Assembly: GCA_012295275.1 (NCBI GenBank)
Contig: CM022665.1
Span: 26,412,001 to 26,476,000 of the forward strand
DNA: 64,000 nt
From: Chrysomallon squamiferum
Taxonomy: Eukaryota > Animalia > Mollusca
Reading direction: 5' to 3'
Shown here: positions 26,217 through 40,708 of the stretch, one piece after another
How the letters are laid out: each line of letters opens with the position of its first letter
How positions within the stretch are numbered: position 1 is the first letter of the stretch
The notes under the pieces: model-generated
What the model saw: the letters and a program-made list of their open reading frames with translations, nothing else
What the model was told of the DNA's origin: nothing
The model's database searches: none
Made by a program: the position numbers and the translations under genes

Positions 26217-28500
26217 GGTGAATGTCTTTTGTAAGTGGTTGTTTCTCTTGTTTTTCTTGAAGCACCAAAAACCAATTAATGACCAAGTAAAAATTTTGAT
26301 TTATCATAGGTACCATTATTATTGTTGTTCTTTTAATATTTTTATTGATAAGACCACATTAAAATATATATATATATATATATATTTTTTTTTTTTTCTG
26401 GAAATGTATATGTTTGTTTAGCCAGGGCCGGTCAAAAGGGGAATTACCGAGATTTTCTTTATAATAATAATAATAATAAATAAATAAATAAATAAATAAA
26501 TTAGTTCTATTATTAAAAAGAATTAACCGTGTTTGTTAATATAATTATTGTTTGTATATATCAACACACACACAAATAACACACACACACACACACGATG
26601 TAAAAACTTTTCAAGACTATTTTAGTAACTGCGCAATATCCCTTGGAACTGGAGCGAGTAGTCAGTCAAGTATCAATTGCTTCAGCACACTTCATTGACA
26701 CTTTAAATACAAATAGTGAAACCTTTATCTGAACAATGATTTTAAAGCAATTTTAATGCGATTTTTTGTGTGCAATTTTTGGCTTGAGAATTTCTGCAGT
26801 CTTCTCTATATTTGGATTATGCCTTTAGACCATGGACTGGTTACAATGGGCAGTTTCCCGAGGGCCCCAAGGGTCTATGGACTAATGTAAATAATATATG
26901 CAATGGCTTGCTGTCAATACATTAATACAGTATAGGTATGGAACCGTTAATCTGGCTTCCAGAAATAAATAGTATGGTTAGATATGTTCTCCCTGAAGGC
27001 CGCCATTCTACATATAAAAATAAAATAAAAACCTCTCTCTGTACCTGTAAAAATTGAAGATGAAATATAAAATTAATTTTTTTTTTTTTAAATAAACACA
27101 AAAAAAAAAAATAATAATAACAAAATTTATGTGATAATAAATAATAAAATCCAGCAGAATATTAAAAATATATTACAGATAAAAACGAAAAATTAAAATC
27201 AAGCATAATTATGCGTATGTATGCTTTGAATCTGCAGATTTTCTTTTCCATAATTTTTTTTTTTTTCCCCTTCTTTTTCAAAAATAGTTATCAGATTTGA
27301 CAGAACATAAAACTCATTGTAGTATTCCACAACTGACGACTTAACAATCAGGTGCCGCAGAGATTATCGTTCGACAAAAATTGAATCGGCCTTCTTCTTG
27401 AAGAATAACAGCAGATATTGCCATGGTAAAAGGAAATTAATAAAATCACTATCGTGTTACAATATTTAATGTTACAATTAGGTTAACGCAGGAGAGGAAA
27501 TCAGTAGCGATATTATATTAGAATAAAACAGGCCTCTGTCAAAATAACCTGAGACAAACGTACGCACCAAATTACAGTTCTTAGTATCAGTGATGATATG
27601 ATGATACAAAAATACAAGACATTCCAACAAAACTTGAAATGTTAATAGCTGAACTTCCAGCAAACCGTTTGCAATTACTACTCGCCTGCTCTAACAGTCA
27701 GGATGTTTTAATCTTTAATCTTCTGTAAAAAGACGCCTTTGCTTACGAAAAAGACGTCATCAAAATTATACAAATGTAAAATGGATTTTACACACACACA
27801 CGCACACGTGTAATATATAGACGTGTGTGTGTTTGTGTTTAAAATCCAGCAGTGCATTTCGTTTAAAACAGACAATAAGATTTTGATGTTTAATAATAAA
27901 TGACAACAAATAAAAGGATAAAAGCAAAAACAAAACAAATATGAATGAATGAATGAATAAATAATACAAAACAGTAATTAATTAATAAATAAAAAAGAAT
28001 TATCTGCGTATTTTCACTGTCACGGCTTCTATATTTCACTACCCCATAATTATCAGTAAAATGGTACTATGTATACGTTTGCTGATAAAGTGTCTGATAC
28101 AAATAACGAAAACAATTCTCGTAAGTAAACTTCCATTTTTATTTAACATCAACATGGCTTAAATAAAATAGTACGACATTTTACATACACATTTCGCTTT
28201 GACAGAATCATATTAAAATAGTAAGTTGATAAAATATTTACAAAATATAAATTAACGCCAACTGTACTGACAAATAAAGTTACAAAAATGTCAACAGAGG
28301 TGAAATGTAAATAAGACATGAAAACATAACCTTAAGAAACGATTCACGTTGTTGAATAAATGAACGGATAAATATTTTATTGTTCGGTTCAAATAACAGG
28401 TTTATGAAATTAAGGGTATATATAGAAACAACAGAACAGTCAGCTTCATTTGGATATAAATGCTGACGTGGAAAATAAGATAAAATGTAGTAACTCTGGA

Positions 28501-28695
28501 TTATTTTTTTTGACCCTTCATTTGAACAGTAATGACTTGTGCAAGACAAACCACTGCAGCAAGGGCTATCACAAGTTGTATTAGCCAAAGAACAACAGAA
28601 ATCCAGGCAGACGTCTGAATAAAGAAAAATAACAGCGTCTTATATCATGGCAGATAAACAGATGATAAATAATTGTATAGGTGTGTACATGTACG

Positions 28696-28762
<67 letters not shown>

Positions 28763-29878
28763 TTAACATCACAGCTGAAATGAAGAACGTATTAATATAT
28801 TACAAATACAAATATTAATCTCAACAAAAAGAGAAATGTCCGCATTTTCGGTTTAGACCACTATATAGAGAGTAAGTTATTATCGGAGGAAAATTAAAAT
28901 AAATATTAACTGCAGCTGGACAATGGAAAACTACAGAGATAATAAATAAGTAAATACATATGTCTGTTAGTGTGGATGTTTATTTTTGACATCAAAATAT
29001 TGATAAATCAATCAAACCATTGCCACTGATAAATGATCATAGAAGTAATAGTTCCTGCCATTTCGATCAGTAATATATGAATTTTCACAACTGAAATAAA
29101 AGAAATAAGCGATCTGAGAATAACAGAATTCTTACTTTTGTCTAAATTCAAACTCAAAAGTAACTATTCTTATTTCAGCAAGAAATTGAAACAACTAGTG
29201 TGGATATATTATTAGTACGCAGAATATTCCTTTTAATAAATAACTATATTCTTTTCTTTATTTTTACCTGCGCATAATTAATAGATTGTAAACGTTACAA
29301 TTCCAGAATACATTTGAAAGTCTTTGTCTACTGAGATTTATTATTCACTTCATCATCCTGGCTAGTAGCCAGTTTGAATTATTCACCAGTTTCACTTTAA
29401 ATTCCTACGTATCTTTAATTCACACATCGCAATAACATTTCTGCATGAATACGAAACTATTGGGTAGTGCAAATATTTCTGTTTTATTTATTTTACATTT
29501 TTATTTTATTTTGTATACAGTTAAAATATAGCAGCTATTTTTTGTTGTTATTTATTCATTTATAGCTGTCATTTTATAATTTTAAGATTTATATGGTTTG
29601 TAAATTGTAAGGTTTATACAATGTGTAAATTGTAAGGTTTATATAGTTGTAAATCGTAAGGTTTATAAAGTATATAAATCGGTTTACTTCCTCATGTTTC
29701 CAGCCAAATTCTCACATGTAATTTGAAGTCCATGGGTTATAACACCGGCGCAAGCCATCATGAATACAAAGCAAAGTCCATCCATTAACAGACTAAGTCG
29801 ATAATTACGACTTGCTACGTTAACCCTGTTTAAAACATATGCATAGTTAGTATTAATTATATTAACTGAATTAATCTA

Positions 29879-29932
<54 letters not shown>

Positions 29933-30958
29933 AATAAAATAAATAAAACGGGGGAAAAACAAAAAAGAAGAAAATTTAAAACACACAGAAACAACAATGT
30001 CGATCCTGTGCAGATTATTGTTAGCATGATGATGGTGATTGTAATGATGAGTGTGTATGTTGACATTCCTCTTTATTCTTTTTGCAAATTAATTTGTTTT
30101 TCAAATTTTCTTTCTTTCTTTCACTTTTTGTAATTGTATTATTCTGTATGTTAAGTATATTCTATATTCATGATGGCGTATGAAAATAAAGGATGCATGC
30201 AGGAAACGGTTCTCGCAAATGTGGGCCTAAAATATTGAACTAAGCAACTACCTGTGTTTTTATGCAAGCAAACATTCAAGTTATTCAATCTCCCTGTCCC
30301 CTTTAACTAAAGAGTGCCCAAACGCCTGTGTATTCAATGTGTGTGTGTGTGTGTGTGTCAAACGTTCTATACTATAACAAATATATTTTTATATTTTATA
30401 ATTACCGAAGCCATACTAACAAATATATACACAATTTTAACAACATCTGTACTCACACTAAATCTCGATTCCCGCAAAGAGACACAATTCCAATTATAAT
30501 ATAAATTGAACCAATCACAAAATTGAATATAATGGAACTTGCCACGGCATAAACACAGTTAGACTGATCGCCATAGGTGAAGTATCCAACTCCAGTCTTT
30601 TTGCTAAAGAGTAAACATTCACCACGACATTTGTACTGTAAACAAATCGTAAGGTTATGAAAATAAATACTTTTATTTTACGTAAGTATATCATTTTATT
30701 AATTTCTTCATGTACACTATTTCTTATAATAACCAAATTAATGCTTTAATTGCATACTCAAATCAAATAATTATGTTTAAAAATAAATAAATTAGAAATA
30801 AAATAAAAATAGGCACATATAGTAACATATAGCAAATAAAAATAGCAAATATTTTGTGGCGTTGGGGCAAACACCACCCACAGGGTTCCAATCGATTTTT
30901 TATGTTTCTGTTTGTAAATTACTTCAGTAGGAGAATATTTTATCGGTGGGTTATCAGG

Positions 30959-31045
<87 letters not shown>

Positions 31046-31763
31046 CACAGTGACGAAGTTACTTAGGGTGCCTACAAATCAATCCGTTACTAACATAAAG
31101 ATAAGGAAGGCACGAATGAACGAACAGTTTCAATAAAAAAATAACTAGCATTAAGAAAAGATAAAACAACAATCATAAAACAAAAAAGCAAAAAAACACC
31201 AAAAATACCCACCAACCCCGCCCCCAAAAAACAATTGTATCATCTTCTAGAAGTAGCTAATCGAAATATAAAATATTTCTTGTGCAGTGTTGTTCATGCT
31301 GATTATTCATTCATTCATTATTATAATAAATAAATAAATAATGATAATAATAATAATAATTGCCAGTATTTAAAACAATTATTATTACTATTATTAGACA
31401 ACTGACATTTATTTTGAAATTAACAACAAAATGCTGATGACATACTTTATCCGTTTTTTTTTTTACCTATTTTGGGTTCTGGTCAGTCGATCGTCAGTAA
31501 TTTTTCAGAAGAAAAATAAATCAAACGATTTGTTGTGTTTGATTATTATTATTATTATTATTTCATAATTATTACTATGAATTTATAAAATAACAAAAAA
31601 AAAATAAATAAATAAAAATAATAAAATAAATCAAAGATTTATGATTATCAGTTACAGCAATAAAACTTTAAAATGTTTGGGATTTTTGTTGTATTTGTTA
31701 ACCGATTGCTTTTTAATTTAATTTTTATTATTTTTTTTTTTTTTTTTTTACTAAATAAATAAT

Positions 31764-31797
<34 letters not shown>

Positions 31798-32065
31798 ATA
31801 ATAATAAGCAACGAATTAACAATTTCAGAAATAAAATTTTCAAATGTCTGAATTTTTTTTTTCTATTAATTTTTGTAATCGTAAACAGTTAAATTATTTG
31901 TTTACACGTGTCTATTTTTTTTTTTTTTTTTTTTTCGGTTTACGCACAACAGTCAATACCTACCATGGAAATTGAAACAGGAATAAATATAACCAAACTC
32001 ATAACGATTTGCACCAGATAAAAAAAAGTTCGACAAGCGGTTACTACTACCAACGATCCTTCCAT
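28501..32065 (-). CDS. TMEM179-family tetraspan membrane protein, paralog D (201 aa)
   Basis: Exons 32065-31964 (MEGSLVVVTACRTFFYLVQIVMSLVIFIPVSISM), 30635-30457 (YKCRGECLLFSKKTGVGYFTYGDQSNC...), 29825-29688 (...GLQITCENLAGNMR), 29090-29018 (CENSYITDRNGRNYYFYDHLSVAM), 28614-28501 (TSAWISVVLWLIQLVIALAAVVCLAQVITVQMKGQKK*). Total 606 nt in frame. Confidence 0.9.
29582..29682. repeat. ~23-bp degenerate tandem repeat, ~4 copies, next to the exon 3 donor of paralog D
   Basis: Repeated taaggtttata...tgtaaattg units. Confidence 0.7.
30961..31043. repeat. Compound (GT)n(GA)n microsatellite
   Basis: Directly visible. Similar tracts at 23096-23138, 23677-23737, 28701-28759 and 33925-33984. Confidence 0.95.
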
Positions 32066-33922
32066 GATGATTTGGTTTGATTTGTATTTTTGGTGATTTC
32101 CTTACTTTTCGTCGGAGCACAGAAAAGCGTAATTTTCATTCTAAATTTTATTATCCATGAAACTTTTAAAATATCTGAACTATTTAGACTTTATTTATTT
32201 ATATATTTATTTTATTTATTTATTCATTTTTATTATTGATATTTGTAATAAAAAAAAAATGTTGAAAAATTTTAACTTTATTTTACAGAATATTGATTAA
32301 AATAACAATAGCAATAAAAATAATAAAAATAATAATTTTATTATTGATTAAATATATTTATTATATTTAAAATATGTGAACTGTGAGTAAGAATTAATAC
32401 TCTTTAACACATTAAGAAGAATACTTCAATTTTAAAGAAATGAAATGTTAAGAATCCAAAGCTCGTTCCAACAAAAAGGAACATAGATATTCATATACAT
32501 GCACACGCACCACACAGAATAGATAGTTAATGGTATAGGATATATATATATATGTTTATCCTTGTAATACAGAACATCTCACACAGTCAACACCATCTGT
32601 GGCATAGTAATTACCAAAAACTTAAATTTCATCACCTTTTATGTTCTCTCCTTGTCATTTTTTTTTACCTAATTTTGACTTTTTGAAGAATCCAAAATTT
32701 CTGTTATTTTCTCATCATGTGTTTAGAATCACATTCTGTCAAAGAGATATTACCTTTTAATTCAATGTTCTTAAATCTGTTAATTTCTTTTTCTGCATAT
32801 CTGTCAATATTTATATATATATATATATTTTTTTTTTTCCTTTTTCTGATGTTTATAATATAATAGTAAAAAAAAAAAAAATAAAAATAAAACTGGTTTC
32901 ATTTTGAAAATTAATTATACTCTCCTAGGATATTCAAATAAATTATCAGTCTTTCACTCGATGAAAGTGTATTTTAAAACAATACTGTAAAGTTCAGTTC
33001 ACTTCCAATGACAAACTACATGCTTACCAACTGAACCTCACTGATTGTTTATCATAGCTAGGGTTGTTGTAAAACAAACATGGCAGTAAAAAAAACAAAA
33101 GATAAAAAAAAAGTAGAAATGTATGGTGTAAAATACTGCACTGCATTATGTGAAATTTGTTATATACAATCTCTCCAAAATTCAGAAGGTCTAATTACAA
33201 AGCCAAAATTGTACAAATGTTTTAAATAATTTAAAAAATACACATGGTAATTCAACAGTAAACAGTTATTTTTCCAACTTAATTAATTTTTCTTCTTCCT
33301 CTGAACATTTTGAAATATTTATGGCTATCCATTGTCGTGTTACTATTCAAGCTAACTACCTACTAGATTATTTCAGTCAAAGAACATGCTATCTGCAGCA
33401 TGATGTATTATAATGTATAATAACATATTTATTAAAGAAGATTTTCCAAACAGAAAACAAAATTTATTCTTTCCATTTTTTATTCACACATAAAACAAAT
33501 ACATTACTTCCTTTACATAAATAAATGTATACAAATATGCTATCCAATGTCACTATAAAAACTATTGGATTAAAAAAAAAAAAAGGTATAAATATAACAG
33601 TTGTTGATAATAAAGAGTATTACAATTTTGTTTTCTTAACAACTGTTAAATGATGCATATATGGTAAATCAAGAAGCAAAAAAAACAGAAACAAAAAGTA
33701 AATAAATAAAAAAAATAATAATAAAAAAAAAAATAAAAAAAATAAAAAATTATAAATAATAAATAAAAATTGTCAGACTGGGAAAAAGCTAATTTTTAAT
33801 TCTCTGCTTTGCAACTTATCAGCATAAACTAAATTGGTAATACAATTTAAAAGGAAAATGCTGAATTGTGCAAAAAATGTAAACATATTTATTTTATTAT
33901 AAATTTCAAATTAACATAAAAT

Positions 33923-33988
<66 letters not shown>

Positions 33989-35237
33989 TAACATTAATAA
34001 TCTAATTAAAACATTTTATTTTCTACTGAAATGCAATTTATAAAAGAAATAGAAAATATAGAATTTACTGTTAACTAAAAAAGAAGAAGAAAACAATCTA
34101 TATTTAATTTGAAAAAAAATGAAATTAAAACATGAAGAAAAAACATTTCAAATTCAAAATTCTTCTTGTTAACATTTTAAATTCCAACTTGATCTGAATA
34201 TTTTAATGTATTTTTAGTTGTTTTTTTTTATTTATTTTATTTGTTAAATTATACAAAGGTTAAAAATCTGCAATTAATTAATATGTAAATAATGTTCCAA
34301 AGAATATAATTTAAAATTCCTATTCTTTGGTTCACTGATAAAGAAAAAAACAAAACAAAAAGAACTAAAATTAACTTTTACATATAATAATAATTAATAA
34401 AGGAAGGCATCTAAGAACCAAACTTAAATTCAAAATTCCACACATTTTTTGCAAGAAAAAAAAAAGGAAAAAAAAAAACAAATTAAAAAACAACAATCCT
34501 TCCTTTGTATATTAACATATCAGTAAATATTTTATAGGATGTTTTTTCTGTTCTTTTCACAAAACTCTCTTTTGCATGCTTATTACAATCATTTACACAA
34601 ATAATTAATTTTTAAATTTCTTTTAAAACACAAGAAATTATCTTTATGTTTTTATTTTCTTGTTTCCCACCCCAACTTTTGATATTATTTACAAATATAG
34701 TTATTATAAATATTTAATAATTAATTTTGGGGTTCTTTTTAAAACAGGAAAATATATATATATATATGTATATAATTATTTTTTTCTACATACATCCATT
34801 AAGAATTCTAATCAATTCGTATTTTTTTCCTTCAAAAATACAAAAACATGTCTCTATTTTTCTTTTTTCTTTTCCAAATCTTCAGCATATTCAGATTTAT
34901 TCATATACACTTATATGACATCTGAATAATTGACTGATTATGTTATGTCATCAGATTTGCACAGTAAAGCAGATTGCTTCTGGATTGGTTAAAAAAAAAA
35001 AAAAAAAAACAGAAGAAAAAAAAGGTGGAAGCACCATCTTTGTCGTGGATATAACTTTGAAGATAAAAATGAGATTCATTTTTAAGAAAAGAAATCCAGA
35101 AACAACAGTATGGTTAAGTGTCTTATGCACATACTGTTAACGCTTACTTTATTTACCTTATTCTAGTACTAGGAACCGTGGATTGTTATGAAACAAAACA
35201 TATCATCATAATATATGTTCCTGTACTGACACTGATA

Positions 35238-35347
35238 CTACACATGTGTGGCAAATGCTTGTCTCTCTGCCTTGAACAATATTACTGCTCCAAACAGAAA
35301 CTGACCACACCATAAAACTGAACTGATTGAAGCAGCAGCCTATTTAA

Positions 35348-35389
<42 letters not shown>

Positions 35390-36747
35390 TAAACCATTAA
35401 CAATCATTTGAAATAGATTGATATATTTGGGTTTTATTTGTTATTATTTATTTTAAAAGAAAAATAATGATAACTTATGTGAGTTTTATTTATTCTTGTC
35501 TATTTTAAAAATAATAATAATTTATTAGAAGTCAGATAATTAATAATCAGTTGCATAAATTAGGTATATCTGTGATTTTTTGTTTGATTTTCAAATTAGA
35601 TTATGCATTTATGATGTTAAACCCCTCACCCCACCAAAAAAAAACCAACATCTTTTAATCCTTCCATACATTATAAACTGAAACCTATGTAAGTACAAAA
35701 TAAATCTTGGAATTGAAAGAAAAATCAGTAAGTATAAAAATCATGAAACAAAATAAAATGTACAAAATATTTTCCTTATTATCATCACTCTAGTTTCTGG
35801 TATCATTATACAAACCAGAGTTATACTGTAATCCTTAAAGAAATAGTATGGCTGGTCATTCATGTCAAAAAGTACTACATCAGAACATCTGAAACAGAAG
35901 AAATATATCCTAGCTCTTCAGAATTAAAAATCAGAGGAACATAACTCTTGCTAAATGCTTATTTAATGTTTAATAATCATAAATAGAATTTCTTGGAAAC
36001 AGGAATTTATTGATTTCTGATAACTATCAGATTTGTGAAGTGGAATTTCTTGGAAATACAAATTTAATTATTTCTTAATGATAAAAAAACAAACAAAAAA
36101 CCCCAACAAATAACATTACACAAATTGTTACTGTTAATATTATCTAATGTATCATTTTTCTCTTTTTGACTTTTGTTGGTTAAACCAATAATCGGCTGAT
36201 TATGATATGGTCATTTAACTTAGTCATCATGATCAAAAGCATTCACAACCACACTTACATGTCCTGATGTACATAATTATAAATAATAATAATAATAATT
36301 AAAAACAAAACAAATTTTTTTTTTTTTAAATTACAAGTACATACTTTATAAAAATCTGAGCATTTTCTTCAGTCATTTCCTTACAGAAATTAATCAAACC
36401 AATCACCTGAGCAACCAAACTTGAAAGGATTACTCCAAAGCCTGTTAAGTCTAAAGCAACATTCAGTTTGAATGCTAAGCTTGTGAAATCAGTTCTGTAA
36501 AGAAAAAACTCATTTTACAAGAAAATCAGTTAATTATAATGTTTAGATTAAACTAAGACATACTACAACATAATCTTCAGACCTTTGTGTTATTTAGCAT
36601 GATGCTTACTTTAATGAGATTGAATTTCGTATTTGGGAAATACTTTTGTTATGTCTGATAATATTTTGAAAAACAAACTGTCAAATGGACCATTTTACAT
36701 TGTTATATTTGAATAATACATGATCTAACATAATAACAATAACAATA

Positions 36748-36780
<33 letters not shown>

Positions 36781-39129
36781 TATATATATATTAACTAAAA
36801 ATCTTTTTGATCAGCTTTTAAATAAAATTCAGATAACTGATTAAAAACAAAAAAAATCCCCTGCCATAACAGTTAATAAGAAGTAATAAGATACATAATA
36901 TATATATAGAGTAATAATTGTAAGAAGAACATGAAAACAATAATATTAAAACCATTTTGATATAAATAAAATTTTACAAGATATTGGGAAATCATTAAAT
37001 AAACCTGAACCATTCGGATAAAAATAATAATAATGTATTAAATTATTTTTATTGATACTTACAAGAGATATTTGTTGTCAGCAATACTGATAATCCCCAA
37101 CATCATCATGCCAAAACACAATATATTGTTGAATACAACACTACTTGAAAGTACAAAGAGGCAGGTTCCTTGGTAACCATACATTAGAAATGAGTCAGAT
37201 ACCTTATGACTGTTATATAAACATTCACCATTCATGTGGGCCTGTAAATAATTTTTAAAAACCCCAAAAACAACCTCTCAAAAAAAAAAAAAAAAAAGTT
37301 AAAATAAAAAAAAACACAACGAAAAACAAAGAAAAAAAAGAAAATCACACACCCCCCACAAAAAAACAAACAAAACACAATAACAATCTCTCCTGGGGGG
37401 GGGGAAACCAAAAAAAAAAAAAAAAAAAGAAGGAAAAAACAAAAATAAATACACCAGAGTAAATTAGGATGACAGAATACCTAAAATCTAATAAAAAATA
37501 TTATACTTCCAAGTTACTTACAGTCATTGCTCATAATAAAGTATGAGAAAAAAAAAAATCTGTTACAAAAGGCTGCCTACAGATGGAGTGCGGATTTCTT
37601 ATCATACACGGCAGGCATAAAGTATACATACATGTATTAGAGCAAACAAAGTCTGATACGTACACGATGATGTCACGTGAAATGGCAGCGTCCAGATGTT
37701 TATAAATAGTGTGCTTTTTGGGTGGTTATATTTTGTTATTAATTAATATCTGTGGGAAATAAATAAAATAAAATAAAACTTTGAAGAAAGCAGAATATAT
37801 TTAGACTGTTTCTACGTATAACCAAAGGTATACTTTAATCAGGTGTAGATCTATCTTCTCAGAAGATACGGTTGGGATCGTCTCTGTGATGGATGTTACT
37901 TCCCAGCTGGTATCACTTTATTATGAAAAACTAATAATCAATCAACAAAACAAAACGGCTGTCACCAACTGAAGGTGGCATATAACAAACGTCCCTCACT
38001 GTTTGTGTAATTTAATGACACCTATTAAAAAATATCAGTTTTATTTCGTATAACTGTATTTTATTAAGAATATATAATTTATGTTGCCATTTGTGCAATA
38101 ATTAAACAGTGTTATGAAAATTGTTTCCGTTGACTGTGTACTCGGAATGTGTAAACCATTTAATGGTAAACACATTTTAAAACAATTATTTTTCCCTTTT
38201 AATTTTCTATTTAATCATAATGTAGTTAACATAAATTAGCGATGATAAAGTAAATAGTCTAAAACAGAGAAAATTTTGAAAAATATATTTTGATATCAGA
38301 CCATATATATTATTTTATAATAAACATCTAAAGTTATAATGAAATTGTTTTTATCTTGAAAAGAATATGCACAACGTTGATAAATTCCCTCTCAAAGCTT
38401 AAAATAATAAATGATGTCACCTTAACCTTTAGCCATTTTTTATTTAGCTTTTGCGAATAAAATAATATAAAATAAAATGTAATATAGGTTTTTGTACGAC
38501 AAATTATATCAATAAGGAAAAGGCAAAATAATCTCTTGTATTGAACTTTTGGACAATGAGTTTCAAATATATCATGAAAATGTACTCTTTATCATTAAGT
38601 AAAAAGCATTTTTCGTATCCAAACGTTTATGAGTTATAAAGAATAAAATGAAAATAAGTAAGTAAATAAATAAATAAATAAACATAAAGATATAAATCTA
38701 AAAAATTTGAGCGTTAAAAAAGAAAACAAAACAAAACAAATGAGAAGTCTGAATCTTAATGAAAACACGATATTGGTATTAAAATTTGTATATATATATA
38801 TAAAAAGCCATAAAAGCATGAAAATATTAATTGCTTTAGAAATGTTTTGTAAACAAAATTTCAAAATATTTAATCTGCTGTCAACGGTATTACAAATTAA
38901 TTATTGATAATAACCCAAATGTAGAATAACCAAAAAGTAGTATCGAGATTGTTTCTTTACGTGAATGTAATGTTTATTATTTATTATAGCTAGATAGCCA
39001 AACAAGCAGATATGTCCTGGCATCACTTACCATAGAGACTGCAAGAGGCACTACTATTCCAAAACCTAGACAGAAAAGAACAAAATAAAATGCTGATCGA
39101 TAATAAACCGTTAACTTATGTCGTTCCAT
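35238..39129 (-). CDS. TMEM179-family tetraspan membrane protein, paralog E (200 aa)
   Basis: Exons 39129-39031 (MERHKLTVYYRSAFYFVLFCLGFGIVVPLAVSM), 37241-37063 (AHMNGECLYNSHKVSDSFLMYGYQGTC...), 36494-36345 (...GLINFCKEMTEENAQIFI), 35888-35816 (CSDVVLFDMNDQPYYFFKDYSITL), 35339-35238 (AAASISSVLWCGQFLFGAVILFKAERQAFATHV*). Total 603 nt in frame. Confidence 0.88.
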
Positions 39130-39609
39130 GACTTAGGATTTGACAAACTAGTCCCTGCATATTTCTTCATTTTATTTTAGAGCACCGCTATGGAGTTGAG
39201 AACCTTCAGCGTACACTGAAATTTAAAAAAAATAAGAATAACATTAATGAAACCTTTCTAAATATTCTAAAATTTCATTTTGTTGAATTTATTTATTACG
39301 AAGAAATGTGTAAAATTCTAATTCTTTCCTGTTTGTTTTACAATTTGTTGTTGTTTGTTTGTTTTTGTATGCAGTGGTATCAAAAACAGAAATTGACAGC
39401 CTGCATTGATCTCATCGGCCTATTAAACTGTTAATAAACACTGATGTATATCTTAAAGTGATATGTTCCACCGCCTGGTTACAAGTGATTTTAACAGGAA
39501 GTTTTATATCAAAACAAATCATGTCTTACATATAAAACATCACTGGAAATATTATACTGTACCTGTCCAGCGAGCGACAGATACATTGTACGGTCTTTTC
39601 TGAGTTTGT

Positions 39610-40669
39610 TTAGTCGTTTTCGTTGAACCATGTACTTAAACTAACGTCAGCATCTCCGTAACTACATCGCTGTTTTGCAAAATACTGATCTTCATTTAGC
39701 CATGATTTTACATTGCTCTTTAGATCTCCATAGCTGGGTTGTTGCGAATAACTAATAAGTGGCTCTTTCTCTCTGCGACAATAAAATAAAATAAAATAAA
39801 AATGAATAAATGAATAAAATAAAATAAATAAATAAATCACATTGTATACTGTTAAAGAAAAATAATAATAATAAAAATAATACAAATTAAATAAAATACT
39901 GAAGCCACTGCACTCAACATTCAAAGTCTAAAATGTATTTTGTTTTCTTTCTTTATTTAAAATAATAATTTATAACTATACCTTCGGTCTTTTGTCGTTG
40001 TTTGTCTGCCAGTGATTCTCTTGAAAAATCGTAACAACGAAGCAAACCATTTAATTCTGCCCCTCTTCTTAACTGCTTCTCCTGCTTCATCGTTGCATTT
40101 GCCCAGAAAAGTGGATTCTTCGGAAACTTGATCGAACAGCCCTGCCCTGTGCATTATTTCTATTTTGTTGAGAGCTTTCATAAATTGCAGGGGTGTTCTG
40201 ACAAGACCACTAAAGTTTAAACAATAATTTATCAGTAATACTGTGTATGGCATTTTGTACCTGGTATTTTCTACAATCAGTCACACACTGACACTTATAC
40301 AAACACATACAGACGAACTTATGCAAATACATACATTATATACATACATACATACATACATACATACATACATACATACATACATACACACATACATATA
40401 TTTATATATGTTACAGTCAATGTGTAAAACCAGTCATTCGCCTAATGCCTGAAATGTTTAGGCATTTAGCCTAATGACCAAGACCGTCAGGCGTTTGACC
40501 AAATTACTAGTTTGCCACACACACACACTGTAAATACATACATTCATTCCGACATACATACATGAATGTATGCATATATATATATATATATACGGTCTTG
40601 GTCATTAGCTAAATGCCTAAACATTTTAGGCATTAGGCCAAATGACTAGTTTTACATATTGACTGTAAC

Positions 40670-40708
<39 letters not shown>

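Noticed and set aside
29268-29330. Candidate exon with a CAG|GTAAAA donor in paralog D intron 3
   Set aside because: It has an in-frame stop. The real exon 4 (29090-29018) fits phase and motif.
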